Assembly (NCBI GenBank): GCA_041686375.1
Contig: JAWLEB010000001.1
Coordinates: 73,997 to 137,996, forward strand
DNA length: 64,000 nucleotides
Origin: Bacteroidales bacterium
Lineage (GTDB): Bacteria > Bacteroidota > Bacteroidia > Bacteroidales > UBA12077
Direction: 5' to 3'
The position numbers and the translations under genes were made by a program. Below the pieces are notes generated by a model that was not told the origin of the DNA, made no database searches, and worked only from the letters and a program-made list of their open reading frames with translations. Shown in pieces: positions 20,354 through 30,508 of this stretch (positions within the stretch are counted from its first letter, which is position 1; each line of letters opens with the position of its first letter).

Positions 20354-21199
20354 ATGACTAAGAATAGTGATAAGATAGTATTTTTTCATGTAGGGCTTCC
20401 GAAAACAGCTTCTACCTTTCTACAGGTGAAGGTGTTTCCGAATTTTTCCGGAATTGAATACATTAAGAAGCATGATTTTAAACGGAAAGATAAGATAATT
20501 GAAAAATCAGATTTTGAGCGGATATTGCTTTCTATTGAACTTGATCTGGATGTGAAGGAAGGAAGGCGTAAAGCTTGGGATGTGGCTTCAAAATACCCCA
20601 ATAGTTATCCGATTATTGTGTTGCGAAAGCATGGTTCCTGGTTAAGCTCAAAATATAAATATTATCTAAGAAAACACGGAACAAAAAGATTTCAGGAATA
20701 TTATCAACCTGATGAGGAGCAGAGTGTGTTGAAAAATAAACATTTACGTTTTTTTCCGAAAATACAGTTTTTGGAAGATACTTTTAACAGTACTCCATTA
20801 GTCCTTTTTCAGGAAGAACTGCAAAATGAACCCTTTAAAGTGATTGACCTTATTGCTGATTATACCGGAGCAACTTATTCAAGGAAGGAAATAAAAGTCA
20901 AAACCGTTAAAAAGGCCTATTCTGCCAAACAACTTAAAGTGGTACGAAAATTTAACAAAAAATATAAATTTGATAAGTCCGGCAGAAAATCAGGTTTTGC
21001 TAAATTCATTTATAAAAAATTCAGTGCCTTTTTATTACATTTGGTAGCTTACTTAAGTGTTTTGTATCCAAAGCATCTTGATGAGAAGGAAACGTTAATT
21101 CCCAGGAAAATGATAGAAAAGGTTAATTATGCTTTTTCAGAGGATTGGGAGAAGTGCCTGGAATATTCGAAAAAACAAAGAGAAAAACTTTATCTATAG
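20354..21199 (+). CDS. Sulfotransferase-like protein (paralog B)
   Basis: FFHVGLPKTASTFLQ and IVLRKHGSWLSSKYKYY. It is colinear with paralog A throughout, for example PLVLFQEELQNEPFKVIDLIADYTGATY versus PLVLFHDELKNDPFSFIDRIAKYTGAEY. Confidence 0.55.
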   Translation: MTKNSDKIVFFHVGLPKTASTFLQVKVFPNFSGIEYIKKHDFKRKDKIIEKSDFERILLSIELDLDVKEGRRKAWDVASKYPNSYPIIVLRKHGSWLSSKYKYYLRKHGTKRFQEYYQPDEEQSVLKNKHLRFFPKIQFLEDTFNSTPLVLFQEELQNEPFKVIDLIADYTGATYSRKEIKVKTVKKAYSAKQLKVVRKFNKKYKFDKSGRKSGFAKFIYKKFSAFLLHLVAYLSVLYPKHLDEKETLIPRKMIEKVNYAFSEDWEKCLEYSKKQREKLYL

Positions 21200-21234
21200 G
21201 AACCTATTGATTAATAAATTTGGAATACTAGCTT

Positions 21235-23055
21235 ATGAGCCCATTAAAATATTTATTTAGATATATTTTCCCGTATTGGAGAAATGGATTATTGAGTGTT
21301 TTCTTTAATATACTGGGAACCATGTTTTCTTTGTTTTCTTTCACAATGGCCATACCTTTTCTTGGCATTCTTTTCAATACCAAAGAAATGGTTACAGAGC
21401 CTGTTGCTTTTGAATTTTCGGCCAAGGCAGTGCAACATAATTTTAATTATTTTATTACACAAATTATTCAAAGTGAAGGACCTAGTACTGCTTTGATTTA
21501 TATTAGCATTTTTATGGTTTTCATGGTTTTTTTGAAAACTTCGTTTAATTATTTGGGTAACTTTACCATTATACCATTGATTAATGGAATAATTCGTGAT
21601 ATTCGCAATAAGCTCTATAAAAAAATAGTTAACCTTCCGGTTGCTTATTATTCTGAGGAGAAACGCGGTGATGTGATGCTTAAGGCTACAGGGGATGTGC
21701 AGGAAATTGCCAATACAATTTTCCGGCCGTTACGAAAAGCTATTCCTGCACCTATCCAGATTATTGTATATATTGGTGCTCTTTTTTATATGAATTATAA
21801 GCTTACCATTTTTGCCTTGATATTGATTCCGGTCAGTGGCTATGTTATTGCGTTGGTAGGGAAAAATCTTCGTAAAGCTTCCGTGAAAGGACAGGATTCA
21901 CTGGGTGTTTTGTTGTCAATTATTGAAGAAACCCTATATGGGTTGAGAATAATAAAAGCTTTTAATTCAGAAAAAAGATCAACTCAGAAGTTTGGTAAAC
22001 AGAATCAGCATTATACGGATATCATGAATAAGGTGTTGCGGAAGCGAATTCTTGCCCATCCTTTCAGTGAATTCCTTTCGACAACCGTGATAGTGATTAT
22101 CATGTGGTATGGAGGTAGTCTTGTCCTTCAGAATGCGACAACTTTAACTCCACAGGCTTTTATCGCTTATCTGGCGATTTTTTCACAGATAATTCAGCCA
22201 TCAAAGACATTATCCAATTATTATTATAATGTTAAAAAAGGTTTGGCTTCATTTGACAGAGTCAATTCAATCCTTGATGCCGAGGAGACTATAAAAGAGA
22301 AACCTAATGCCCGGTCGATTGAGAATTTCGAACAGTCTATTGTTTATAAGGATTTATCTTTTAGATATAACACTGACTGGGTGCTTAAAGATATCAATCT
22401 TGAGATTAATAAAGGCGAGATGGTTGCTATTGTAGGCCAGTCAGGTGCAGGGAAATCTACTTTGGTGAATTTATTGCCGCGCTTTTATGATGCAACCCGT
22501 GGTGATATACTTATAGATGGAAATTCCCTGAAAGACTTGAAGATAAAGCATCTTAGAGACCTGATGGGACTTGTAAGTCAGGAATCCATCTTGTTTAATG
22601 ACACTGTGTTTAATAATGTTGCATTTGGACGAGATGAGGTAGCAGAAGAAGATGTAATTCAGGCTGCAAAAGTTGCCAATGCTCACGTATTTATAGAAGA
22701 ACTACCAGAAGGATATCAGACTTATATTGGAGACATGGGCAATAAACTTTCCGGTGGACAGCGGCAGCGACTGAGCATCGCAAGAGCGGTATTGAAAAAT
22801 CCACCTATCCTGATATTGGACGAAGCGACAAGTTCGCTGGATACAGAGTCTGAAAAACTCGTTCAGGATGCTTTGAGCAGGCTCATGCATAACCGTACGT
22901 CTATTGTTATTGCTCATAGATTGTCTACAGTCAGAGAAGCAGATAAAATAGCCGTTATGTATCAGGGTAGCATTTCTGAAATTGGTTCACATGACAAGTT
23001 AATCAAAAATGATGGGATCTATAAAAAGCTGCATGAAATGCAGATGTTTTCTTAA
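21235..23055 (+). CDS. ABC transporter, fused permease/ATPase (MsbA-like lipid/glycolipid exporter)
   Basis: Six-TM N-domain, Walker A GQSGAGKST, signature LSGGQRQRLSIARA, Walker B ILILDEATSSLD. Confidence 0.85.
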   Translation: MSPLKYLFRYIFPYWRNGLLSVFFNILGTMFSLFSFTMAIPFLGILFNTKEMVTEPVAFEFSAKAVQHNFNYFITQIIQSEGPSTALIYISIFMVFMVFLKTSFNYLGNFTIIPLINGIIRDIRNKLYKKIVNLPVAYYSEEKRGDVMLKATGDVQEIANTIFRPLRKAIPAPIQIIVYIGALFYMNYKLTIFALILIPVSGYVIALVGKNLRKASVKGQDSLGVLLSIIEETLYGLRIIKAFNSEKRSTQKFGKQNQHYTDIMNKVLRKRILAHPFSEFLSTTVIVIIMWYGGSLVLQNATTLTPQAFIAYLAIFSQIIQPSKTLSNYYYNVKKGLASFDRVNSILDAEETIKEKPNARSIENFEQSIVYKDLSFRYNTDWVLKDINLEINKGEMVAIVGQSGAGKSTLVNLLPRFYDATRGDILIDGNSLKDLKIKHLRDLMGLVSQESILFNDTVFNNVAFGRDEVAEEDVIQAAKVANAHVFIEELPEGYQTYIGDMGNKLSGGQRQRLSIARAVLKNPPILILDEATSSLDTESEKLVQDALSRLMHNRTSIVIAHRLSTVREADKIAVMYQGSISEIGSHDKLIKNDGIYKKLHEMQMFS

Positions 23056-23108
23056 CCTGAAAAAGACAGCAGAAAAAATATATATACCTGTTATAAGCGT
23101 TTTTATTT

Positions 23109-23870
23109 ATGGATAAGGTATCAGTTGTTATTCTGACATTGAATGAAGAAAAAAATATAGGCCGGTGTATTGACTCGGTTAAAAACACGGCTGACGAAAT
23201 TATTGTAGTAGATTCTTTTTCAGATGATAGTACAAGAGCGATATGTGAAAGTAAAGGAACTACATTTATTCAACATGAGTTCGAAGGCTATATTGAACAA
23301 AAGAACTGGGCTAAGAACCAGGCAACCTATGATTATGTTCTGTCACTCGATGCTGATGAGGCGCTTTCAGAAAATTTACAGCAACAAATATTGAATCTGA
23401 AAACCAATGGATTTCAATACGATGGCTATATTTTTAACAGACTAACGAAATATTGTGGCAGGTGGATCAGGCATTGCGGATGGTATCCCGATAGAAAATT
23501 AAGACTTTGGAATCAACACAAAGGTGACTGGAAAGGTCAGAATCCTCATGATAGGTTTGAGATGGAGAAAAATGCAAAAATTCAGTCTATAAACGGGGAT
23601 ATTCTGCATTATTCATTTTATACGGTTGAACAACATATAGAAACAATTAACAAGTTTTCTTCCATTTCAGCTAAAGTTCTTTATGGGAGGGGGAAAAGGT
23701 TTTCTTTTCTGAAAATGATTTTTAGCCCGGTTTGGAAGTTTTTTCATGCCTATTTTATTAAAGGCGGTTTGCGTGATGGATTTTATGGGTTTGTAATTTG
23801 TTGCAATTCTTCTTATTCTAAGTTTCTGAAACAAGTTAAATTATACCAGCTTTGGAATCAACAAAAATAA
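23109..23870 (+). CDS. Glycosyltransferase, GT2 family (LPS-core type)
   Basis: VSVVILTLNEEKNI, VVDSFSDDST and a DxD motif in LSLDADE. Confidence 0.8.
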   Translation: MDKVSVVILTLNEEKNIGRCIDSVKNTADEIIVVDSFSDDSTRAICESKGTTFIQHEFEGYIEQKNWAKNQATYDYVLSLDADEALSENLQQQILNLKTNGFQYDGYIFNRLTKYCGRWIRHCGWYPDRKLRLWNQHKGDWKGQNPHDRFEMEKNAKIQSINGDILHYSFYTVEQHIETINKFSSISAKVLYGRGKRFSFLKMIFSPVWKFFHAYFIKGGLRDGFYGFVICCNSSYSKFLKQVKLYQLWNQQK

Positions 23871-24958
23871 ATGGGGTTGTATGTTTTTTTAATTCTTGCA
23901 AAGCATGGGGAGGAGGAGAAAAGTGGCATTTTGAAATGGCCAGAAGATTGCAGGAACAGGGAGTAAAGCTGATTCTCTGTGCTTATCCCGGGAGTCCTTT
24001 GTATAAAAAAGCCATTGAAGCGAATCTTAGGGTCTTTTCTTTTAAAGTTGGGAACCTGAGCTTTCTAAATTTGATACTATTTCAAGAGCTTGTTGAATTT
24101 TTTAAAGCGGAGGAAATCACCCATCTGATTGTGAATATGTCTTCCGATGTGAAAACAGCGGCCAGAGCTGCTAAGAAAGCTGGTGTCCCCAATATCATCT
24201 ATCGAAGAGGAAGCGCAATACCGATAAATAATTCTCCATCCAACAGGTATTTGTTTAGGCATGTTGTTACTCACATTATAGCAAATTCTCAGGAAACCAT
24301 GCGTACAATTCTGGCAAATAATCAGAATCTCTTTGATGAAAGGAAGATTCAGGTGATATATAATGGTATTGATTTGAGTGATCTTTCTTTTGATACGAAG
24401 TGCAGTAAACCTGATCATCAGAAAGAAATTGTACTGGGTAACGCTGGAAGATTGGAGAAACAGAAAAATCAGGAATTTTTAATTGATCTGGTTGTACGTC
24501 TAAGACAGAAGGGATATCCTTTAATACTTAAAATAGCCGGGACAGGTCGTTTGGAGGATAAATTGAAAAAGGCTATAGAAAATAGAGGATTAAACGCTTA
24601 TGTTGAACTTACTGGCTTCAGTGAAAATATCAGCTCTTTTCTGGAGTCTGTGGATATTTTTGTTTTATCATCTCTGTGGGAAGGGTTTGGCTATGTTCTT
24701 GTGGAAGCTCACGCTTGCGGAAAACCTGTTGTAGCTTTTGATGTTAGTAGTAATCCTGAAATAGTTAATAATAATGAAGATGGTATTTTGGTTCCTGTGA
24801 ATGATTTAGAGGGATTTGCTGATGCTGTTGAATATTTAATACAGAATCCGGAGATAAGGTTTATTATGGGGAAAAATGGACAAAATAAGGTTTTGGAAAA
24901 ATTTGATATAGAGGTAACTACGCATAATCTGCTAAACTATTTGAAGAGTCTTGAATAA
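23852..24958 (+). CDS. Glycosyltransferase, GT4 family
   Basis: N-terminal CKAWGGGEKW and C-terminal EGFGYVLVEAHACGKPVVAFDVSSNPEIV. The TTG start overlaps the upstream GT2 gene by 19 nt, so the start is uncertain. Confidence 0.8.
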   Translation: MESTKINGVVCFFNSCKAWGGGEKWHFEMARRLQEQGVKLILCAYPGSPLYKKAIEANLRVFSFKVGNLSFLNLILFQELVEFFKAEEITHLIVNMSSDVKTAARAAKKAGVPNIIYRRGSAIPINNSPSNRYLFRHVVTHIIANSQETMRTILANNQNLFDERKIQVIYNGIDLSDLSFDTKCSKPDHQKEIVLGNAGRLEKQKNQEFLIDLVVRLRQKGYPLILKIAGTGRLEDKLKKAIENRGLNAYVELTGFSENISSFLESVDIFVLSSLWEGFGYVLVEAHACGKPVVAFDVSSNPEIVNNNEDGILVPVNDLEGFADAVEYLIQNPEIRFIMGKNGQNKVLEKFDIEVTTHNLLNYLKSLE

Positions 24959-25030
24959 ATTAACTTTTTGTGGAAAAATATTTTATGAATTATTTGGGAT
25001 AAAAAAATTGGTTCTTATTGTAAAGTTTTA

Positions 25031-25038
25031 TATTTTTG
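25031..25038 (+). promoter_or_regulatory. Candidate -7 promoter box (TATTTTTG) upstream of rplU
   Basis: Matches TAnnTTTG, 32 nt upstream of the rplU ATG. Confidence 0.3.
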
Positions 25039-25069
25039 CCCACCGCAAATAAAACATTAAAGTATTAGA

Positions 25070-25384
25070 ATGATGTATGCAATTGTAGATATAGGAGGAT
25101 TTCAGTACAAAGTACAGAAGGATGACAAATTGTATGTTAGTCGTCTGGAAGGCAAAGAAGGCTCAGATGTTGAGTTTGATAAAGTTTTACTTGTCGACAA
25201 TGAGGGCAGTGTAGCAGTTGGAAAACCAACTGTGGAAGGCGCAAAAGTCTCTGCAAAAATACTTTCTCATTTAAAAGACGATAAGAAAATTATATTTAAG
25301 AAAAAACGCAGAAAAGGATATAAGAAAAAGCAGGGTCATCGTCAGTCACTGACGCAAATTCAAGTAGAAAATATTGTTGCTTAA
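25070..25384 (+). CDS. rplU: 50S ribosomal protein L21
   Basis: MYAIVDIGGFQYKV... The real start may be the second ATG at 25073. Confidence 0.95.
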   Translation: MMYAIVDIGGFQYKVQKDDKLYVSRLEGKEGSDVEFDKVLLVDNEGSVAVGKPTVEGAKVSAKILSHLKDDKKIIFKKKRRKGYKKKQGHRQSLTQIQVENIVA

Positions 25385-25402
25385 TATAAAAAATTTTTAA
25401 CT

Positions 25403-25660
25403 ATGGCGCATAAGAAAGGAATGGGTAGTACCCGTAATGGACGGGACTCTGAAAGCAAACGCTTGGGTGTAAAAATCTTTGGCGGTCAATATGCAAAAGC
25501 AGGAAACATACTTGTAAGACAACGGGGAACAAAACATTATCCCGGTAAAAATGTTGGTATGGGTAAAGACCATACACTTTTCGCTCTTGTGGATGGTAGT
25601 ATCGAGTTCACAAAAAGACGTAACAAGTCTTATGTAACAGTCAATCCTATAGAAGAATAA
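25403..25660 (+). CDS. rpmA: 50S ribosomal protein L27
   Basis: [24 protein letters not shown]. Confidence 0.95.
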   Translation: MAHKKGMGSTRNGRDSESKRLGVKIFGGQYAKAGNILVRQRGTKHYPGKNVGMGKDHTLFALVDGSIEFTKRRNKSYVTVNPIEE

Positions 25661-25682
25661 TTTAAAATACCTAACAAAAGTT

Positions 25683-25725
25683 ACACCTGTATTTGCTATT
25701 TTTGTAAGTACAGGTGTTTTTATTT
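25683..25725 (+). terminator. Rho-independent terminator after rpmA
   Basis: Stem ACACCTGTA (25683-25691) / TACAGGTGT (25709-25717) followed by TTTTTATTT. Confidence 0.75.
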
Positions 25726-25738
25726 AAAATCATTTATT

Positions 25739-27013
25739 ATGCTTTCATTGCAATACATCCGGGAGAATTCAGAGTATATTATCCAGCAGCAAAAAGTGAG
25801 AAATAAAGATTTTTCTGATATTATTCAACAATTGTTGCAACTTGATGATGACCGCCGTCAGACACAAAAGTCCCTGAACACGGAGCAATCTGAGTTAAAT
25901 AAGTTTTCGAAACAAATTGGAAAACTTTTTAAAGAAGGTAAAACCCAAGAAGCCAATCAGGTTAAAGAAAAAAATTCACAGCTAAAGGAAAACATAAAGG
26001 ACAAAGAAAAAAGGCTGGATGAAATAAAAACAGAAATAGACAGCCTTCTTGTTCAGGTACCTAACGTTCCCCATGAGTCTGTTAAACTTGGCAAAGGGGA
26101 AGAGGATAACGAAGAAATAAGATCGGATGGAAAAGCCCCCAAATTAGAAGGGGATGTACTTACACACTGGGAATTGGCTAAAAAGTATGATATCATTGAT
26201 TTTGAACTGGGTAATAAAATTACAGGACGTGGATTTCCTGTCTATAAAGGAAGTGGAGCAAAGCTGCAAAGGGCTTTGATAGCGTATTTTCTTGATAAAG
26301 CATATGAAGCAGGTTATTATGAGGTCATACCACCCCTGATGGTTAATGAAGATAGTGGATTTGGAACAGGACAATTGCCAGATAAAGAAGGACAAATGTA
26401 TCATGTGCCGATTGATAATTATTACCTTATTCCTACCGCTGAAGTTCCGGTGACGAATATGTACAGGGATAGAATTCTGGAACATAAGGAATTACCGCTT
26501 AAATTGACTGCGTATACACCATGTTTTCGACGAGAAGCGGGTTCATGGGGGAAGGATGTTCGTGGACTGAACAGGCTGCATCAGTTTGATAAGGTTGAGA
26601 TTGTTCAAATCCAGCACCCTGAGAAATCCTATGATACACTGCAGGCAATGTTAGAATATGTAGAAAGTTTGCTGAAAGAGCTTCAGTTGCCTTACCGTAT
26701 GATGAGATTATGTGGGGGAGATTTGGGTTTTGCTGCTGCTTTGACCTATGATTTTGAAGTTTATTCGGCTGCACAGGATAAATGGCTTGAAGTAAGCTCA
26801 GTATCAAATTTCGAGTCTTATCAGGCAAATAGGTTGAAACTCAGATATCGTGATGAGCAAAACAATAAGCCTAAGCTTGCTCATACCCTGAACGGAAGCG
26901 CCCTTGCATTACCCCGCTTGCTGGCTGCTATTCTGGAGAATAATCAAACTGCCGGGGAGATTGTCATACCTGAGGTGTTACGCCCTTATTGCAAATTTGA
27001 TTTTATTAAATAA
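25739..27013 (+). CDS. serS: Serine--tRNA ligase
   Basis: N-terminal coiled-coil arm and class II core motifs IPTAEVPVTN, CFRREAGSWG, NGSALALPR. Confidence 0.95.
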   Translation: MLSLQYIRENSEYIIQQQKVRNKDFSDIIQQLLQLDDDRRQTQKSLNTEQSELNKFSKQIGKLFKEGKTQEANQVKEKNSQLKENIKDKEKRLDEIKTEIDSLLVQVPNVPHESVKLGKGEEDNEEIRSDGKAPKLEGDVLTHWELAKKYDIIDFELGNKITGRGFPVYKGSGAKLQRALIAYFLDKAYEAGYYEVIPPLMVNEDSGFGTGQLPDKEGQMYHVPIDNYYLIPTAEVPVTNMYRDRILEHKELPLKLTAYTPCFRREAGSWGKDVRGLNRLHQFDKVEIVQIQHPEKSYDTLQAMLEYVESLLKELQLPYRMMRLCGGDLGFAAALTYDFEVYSAAQDKWLEVSSVSNFESYQANRLKLRYRDEQNNKPKLAHTLNGSALALPRLLAAILENNQTAGEIVIPEVLRPYCKFDFIK

Positions 27014-27173
27014 ATCTTAGCGTTTTTTCATAATTCTGACCGGTAAAGCTTTTTTCCGGTTTGTTTACGTTATGTATTTTCAATGGTACCTGCGTTTAAA
27101 GGGTTATGTTAATAAATTACAAAACTTTGGAAACTTTATCCTCTTAAATAGTTTCTATGGTATTAAATTTTTA

Positions 27174-27181
27174 TATATTTG
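27174..27181 (+). promoter_or_regulatory. Candidate -7 promoter box (TATATTTG) upstream of the TetR/efflux operon
   Basis: Matches TAnnTTTG, 54 nt upstream of the TetR ATG. A direct repeat AAATTGTT x2 lies between it and the start codon. Confidence 0.25.
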
Positions 27182-27234
27182 CGACTTATTATTTGTCAAC
27201 CAAATTGTTTTGAAATTGTTAAGAATCGAAATGT

Positions 27235-27852
27235 ATGAATGAAGAATTTAAATTTATTATCGATAAGGTAAGCTCTTTATACCTTCAATATGGGATTAGG
27301 AGTGTTACTATGGATGATGTGGCGAAAGAGTTGGGCATGTCGAAAAAAACTTTGTATAACTATGTTACAAATAAAGATGATCTTGTAAATCATTTTGTCG
27401 ATTATCTTCTCAACGAGAGGCTTTGCAATGTCCGTAAAATACAGCAGGAAAACAACAATGCTATTGAAGAACTATTTAAAGTGAATGAGTTTGTTATAGA
27501 GATGCTGAAGAATTATAATCCTTCTACGGAGTATGACTTGAAAAAGTATTATCCTCAGTATTACACGAAAATTCGGGAGCATAGACGAACCAATATGTAT
27601 CAGGCTGTCCTTGAAAATATTCGAAAGGGTAAAAAGGAAGGTTTGTTCCGTAGCGAATTAAACGAGAACATTATTGCCAAGGTGCATGTCAGCAGGATTG
27701 AAAATAGTTTTGCCAATGAGATGTTCAAAATTGAAGAGCTGACTTCCCGGGAGTTTGTTTTGGAGATGATGGGATACCATATTCGCGGTATTGCCAGCAA
27801 AAAAGGCATAGAATTTTTTGAAAGCAAAATGAAAGAATTTAAAATAAAATGA
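27235..27852 (+). CDS. TetR/AcrR-family transcriptional regulator
   Basis: N-terminal HTH VTMDDVAKELGMSKKTLYNYV. It lies immediately upstream of an efflux operon. Confidence 0.85.
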   Translation: MNEEFKFIIDKVSSLYLQYGIRSVTMDDVAKELGMSKKTLYNYVTNKDDLVNHFVDYLLNERLCNVRKIQQENNNAIEELFKVNEFVIEMLKNYNPSTEYDLKKYYPQYYTKIREHRRTNMYQAVLENIRKGKKEGLFRSELNENIIAKVHVSRIENSFANEMFKIEELTSREFVLEMMGYHIRGIASKKGIEFFESKMKEFKIK

Positions 27853-27907
27853 TACAAACATATTCAGAAAGAAAAATATTAACCTGTAAATCAAATTTTA
27901 TATAGCT

Positions 27908-29314
27908 ATGTGCAGAAAGATGAGTTTATTACGGATGATTTTAATTTTATTATTCGTATTGCCCGGTATTGTTTATGCCCAAGAGACTGCGGATACTATG
28001 CGATTAACACTTGATGTAGCATTAGACAAGGCTTTAGAGCATAATACCGAAATAAAAAATGCTGAGCTTGATGTTAAGATTGCCGATAAAAGAGTTTGGG
28101 AGACAACAGCACAGGGATTGCCTAAAATTAGTGGCAGCAGCTCTTATAATAATAATTTAAGTCTGGCAACACAGTTGTTTCCAAATTTTATTGAACCTAC
28201 TATAATGCAGATTCTTATGGAAGAAGGTGTGATAGACCAGCAACCCATACCGGAACCGGAAAAGATAGAAGTTCAATTTGGAAATCAGCATACTTTTGCA
28301 GCAAATCTTGAAGTTTCGCAGCTTGTGTTTAGCGGACCTTATATTGTCGGACTTCAGGCTTCCAAAGTGTATAAAAGTCTGGCCAAGAAGCAGTCGGAGC
28401 TCACAGCGTTGAATGTTAAGTCTAATGTTATAAACACCTATCATTCCATTTTACTTACCCAAAAAAATATTGATATTCTTGGTGAAAACCTGGATAATTT
28501 GGATAAAACCCTGAAAGACACAAAGTTAATGTATGAAAATGGGCTGGCAGAGGAAACGGACGTAAACCAAATTCAGATTAATGTTACCTCACTGAAAAAC
28601 AATCTTAAATCAACTGAGCGACAATTGGAGAGTCTGGAAAATTTGTTGAAAATTCAGATGGGCATTAGTCTCAATACTCCTTTAGAGTTGACCCAATCTC
28701 TCGATCATTTTATTCATGAAAATAATTTGGAACATTCTTATGGCACTGACTTTAATGCTGAGCAGAATATAACATATCAACTAAATCAAACAGAAGTAGA
28801 GCTCTCTGAATTGGATCTTAAAAGAGAAAAGTCCAATTACCTTCCTTCAGTTTCAGCATTTTATAATTATTCTCAAAATGCTATGCGCGATGAGTTCAAT
28901 GTTTTTGACTTTGATGAGCCCTGGTATGAATCAAGCGCAGTTGGATTTCAGCTTAACATTCCGATATTCAGTAGTTTTGAAAAACGCTCCAAAGTGCAAC
29001 AAGCCAGGTTGAATTTGAAAAAATCCAGGAACGATCTGGAAAATACACGCAAGGCGATGAAAAACAATTATCTCCAGGCGCGGAATGATTATTTAACAGC
29101 TTTGGAAAGGTATCAGAGCGATGAACAGAATAAGGAACTAGCCAGGAAGGTTTTTAAACAGACCAATAAAAAATATAATCAGGGTATGGCTACCAGTATG
29201 GAGCTAACTCAGGCAAATGATAAATATCTTCAAATGGAATCAGCATATATTAATTCTCTTGTAGAATTATTACAAGCTAAAGTTGAACTTGAAAAGATTT
29301 TAAACGAATTATAA
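27908..29314 (+). CDS. TolC-family outer membrane efflux protein
   Basis: Signal peptide (..IVYA|QETAD) and two-fold coiled-coil/beta-barrel repeat architecture. First structural gene of the efflux operon. Confidence 0.85.
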   Translation: MCRKMSLLRMILILLFVLPGIVYAQETADTMRLTLDVALDKALEHNTEIKNAELDVKIADKRVWETTAQGLPKISGSSSYNNNLSLATQLFPNFIEPTIMQILMEEGVIDQQPIPEPEKIEVQFGNQHTFAANLEVSQLVFSGPYIVGLQASKVYKSLAKKQSELTALNVKSNVINTYHSILLTQKNIDILGENLDNLDKTLKDTKLMYENGLAEETDVNQIQINVTSLKNNLKSTERQLESLENLLKIQMGISLNTPLELTQSLDHFIHENNLEHSYGTDFNAEQNITYQLNQTEVELSELDLKREKSNYLPSVSAFYNYSQNAMRDEFNVFDFDEPWYESSAVGFQLNIPIFSSFEKRSKVQQARLNLKKSRNDLENTRKAMKNNYLQARNDYLTALERYQSDEQNKELARKVFKQTNKKYNQGMATSMELTQANDKYLQMESAYINSLVELLQAKVELEKILNEL

Positions 29315-29325
29315 AATTACAGACA

Positions 29326-30474
29326 ATGAAGAAATTATTGATTGTTTTAGGAATTCTATCCTTGATTTCGTGTGAGCAGAAATCAGAAAGAGAAAAAGTG
29401 CAAGATAAATTGGCAGACAAAAAAAAGGAAATGAGTTCCCTTCGTAAAGACATAACCTCTTTAACACAACAGTTGGAAGAATTACCCGGAGAGCGTGGAG
29501 GGGTGTATCAGATACCTGTTTATGTAAAAGAAATAGAGCAGGAAAGGTTTAATCATTTTATCAAAACCAGCGGAAAGGTGGAAGCCGTCTGGGAAGCGGT
29601 TATGAGTCCTGAGACGAGCGGCCAGATTACTGAGATTTATGTTGAGGAAGGTGAGCGGGTGCGAAAGGGGGAACCCTTGTTCTCACTGAATACAAAAGTG
29701 ATAAGAAGTAATATTGAAGAAGTAAAAACGAATCTTGAACTGGCGCAAAAAACTTATGAGAAACAAAAGCGGCTTTGGGAAGAAGAGGTTGGTTCGGAAA
29801 TGGAGTATTTGCAGGCTAAAAATCAAAAAGAGAATCTTGAAGGGCGTCTGGAAACCCTTAACGAGGAATTAGATATGGCACGCGTCAAAGCTCCCTTTGA
29901 AGGTTTTGTAGAGAGTATAAGTCAGAAAGAAGGTGAATTGGGTACTCCCGGCATAGAAGTATTGCATCTTGTTAATATGCAGAAATTAAAAGTTAAAGCA
30001 GATATTTCAGAACAATATCTTACTCACGTAAACGAAGGGGATATAATAGAGGTTACTTTTCCTGCATACTCTGATATAAAAAAGGAAATCCCGGTAACAA
30101 GAAAAGGGCAAACCATAGATAATGAGAGCAGGACTTTTGTGATTGAATCAAGAATAAACAATGAGGATGAGATTATCAAACCTAATCAGATTAGTGTTGT
30201 GAAAGTCAGAGATTATTCCAGGGATTCTGCCTTGGTTGTTCCTGCTGAGGTCATAAAGCAGGATATGAAGGGAGATTATGTGTATGTAGCAGAAGAGGAA
30301 GAAGGAAAAGTTATTGCTGACAAGGTTTATGTTAAAACCGGACTTTCATATAATAATAGGACAATGATTTCGGAAGGACTGAATCCCGGAGATAAGATTA
30401 TTACTTCCGGGTACACACAGGTTTCTGATGGTGCTGAAATTACAGTAAAAGAAAATCAAGCGGACGTTGATTAA
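29326..30474 (+). CDS. Efflux RND periplasmic adaptor (membrane fusion protein), lipoprotein
   Basis: Lipobox LISC, coiled-coil hairpin region, and barrel-sandwich motifs VRKGEPLFSL and VKAPFEGFV. Confidence 0.9.
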   Translation: MKKLLIVLGILSLISCEQKSEREKVQDKLADKKKEMSSLRKDITSLTQQLEELPGERGGVYQIPVYVKEIEQERFNHFIKTSGKVEAVWEAVMSPETSGQITEIYVEEGERVRKGEPLFSLNTKVIRSNIEEVKTNLELAQKTYEKQKRLWEEEVGSEMEYLQAKNQKENLEGRLETLNEELDMARVKAPFEGFVESISQKEGELGTPGIEVLHLVNMQKLKVKADISEQYLTHVNEGDIIEVTFPAYSDIKKEIPVTRKGQTIDNESRTFVIESRINNEDEIIKPNQISVVKVRDYSRDSALVVPAEVIKQDMKGDYVYVAEEEEGKVIADKVYVKTGLSYNNRTMISEGLNPGDKIITSGYTQVSDGAEITVKENQADVD

Positions 30475-30508
30475 TCGTCTCTGGTAAATTAAAAATGAAG
30501 AATAGACA

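Noticed and set aside
25697-25704. TAnnTTTG box (TATTTTTG) inside the loop of the rpmA terminator, as a possible serS promoter.
   Set aside because: The motif is short and expected by chance in AT-rich loops. Its position inside a terminator hairpin makes function uncertain, and nothing in the sequence can distinguish it from read-through transcription.
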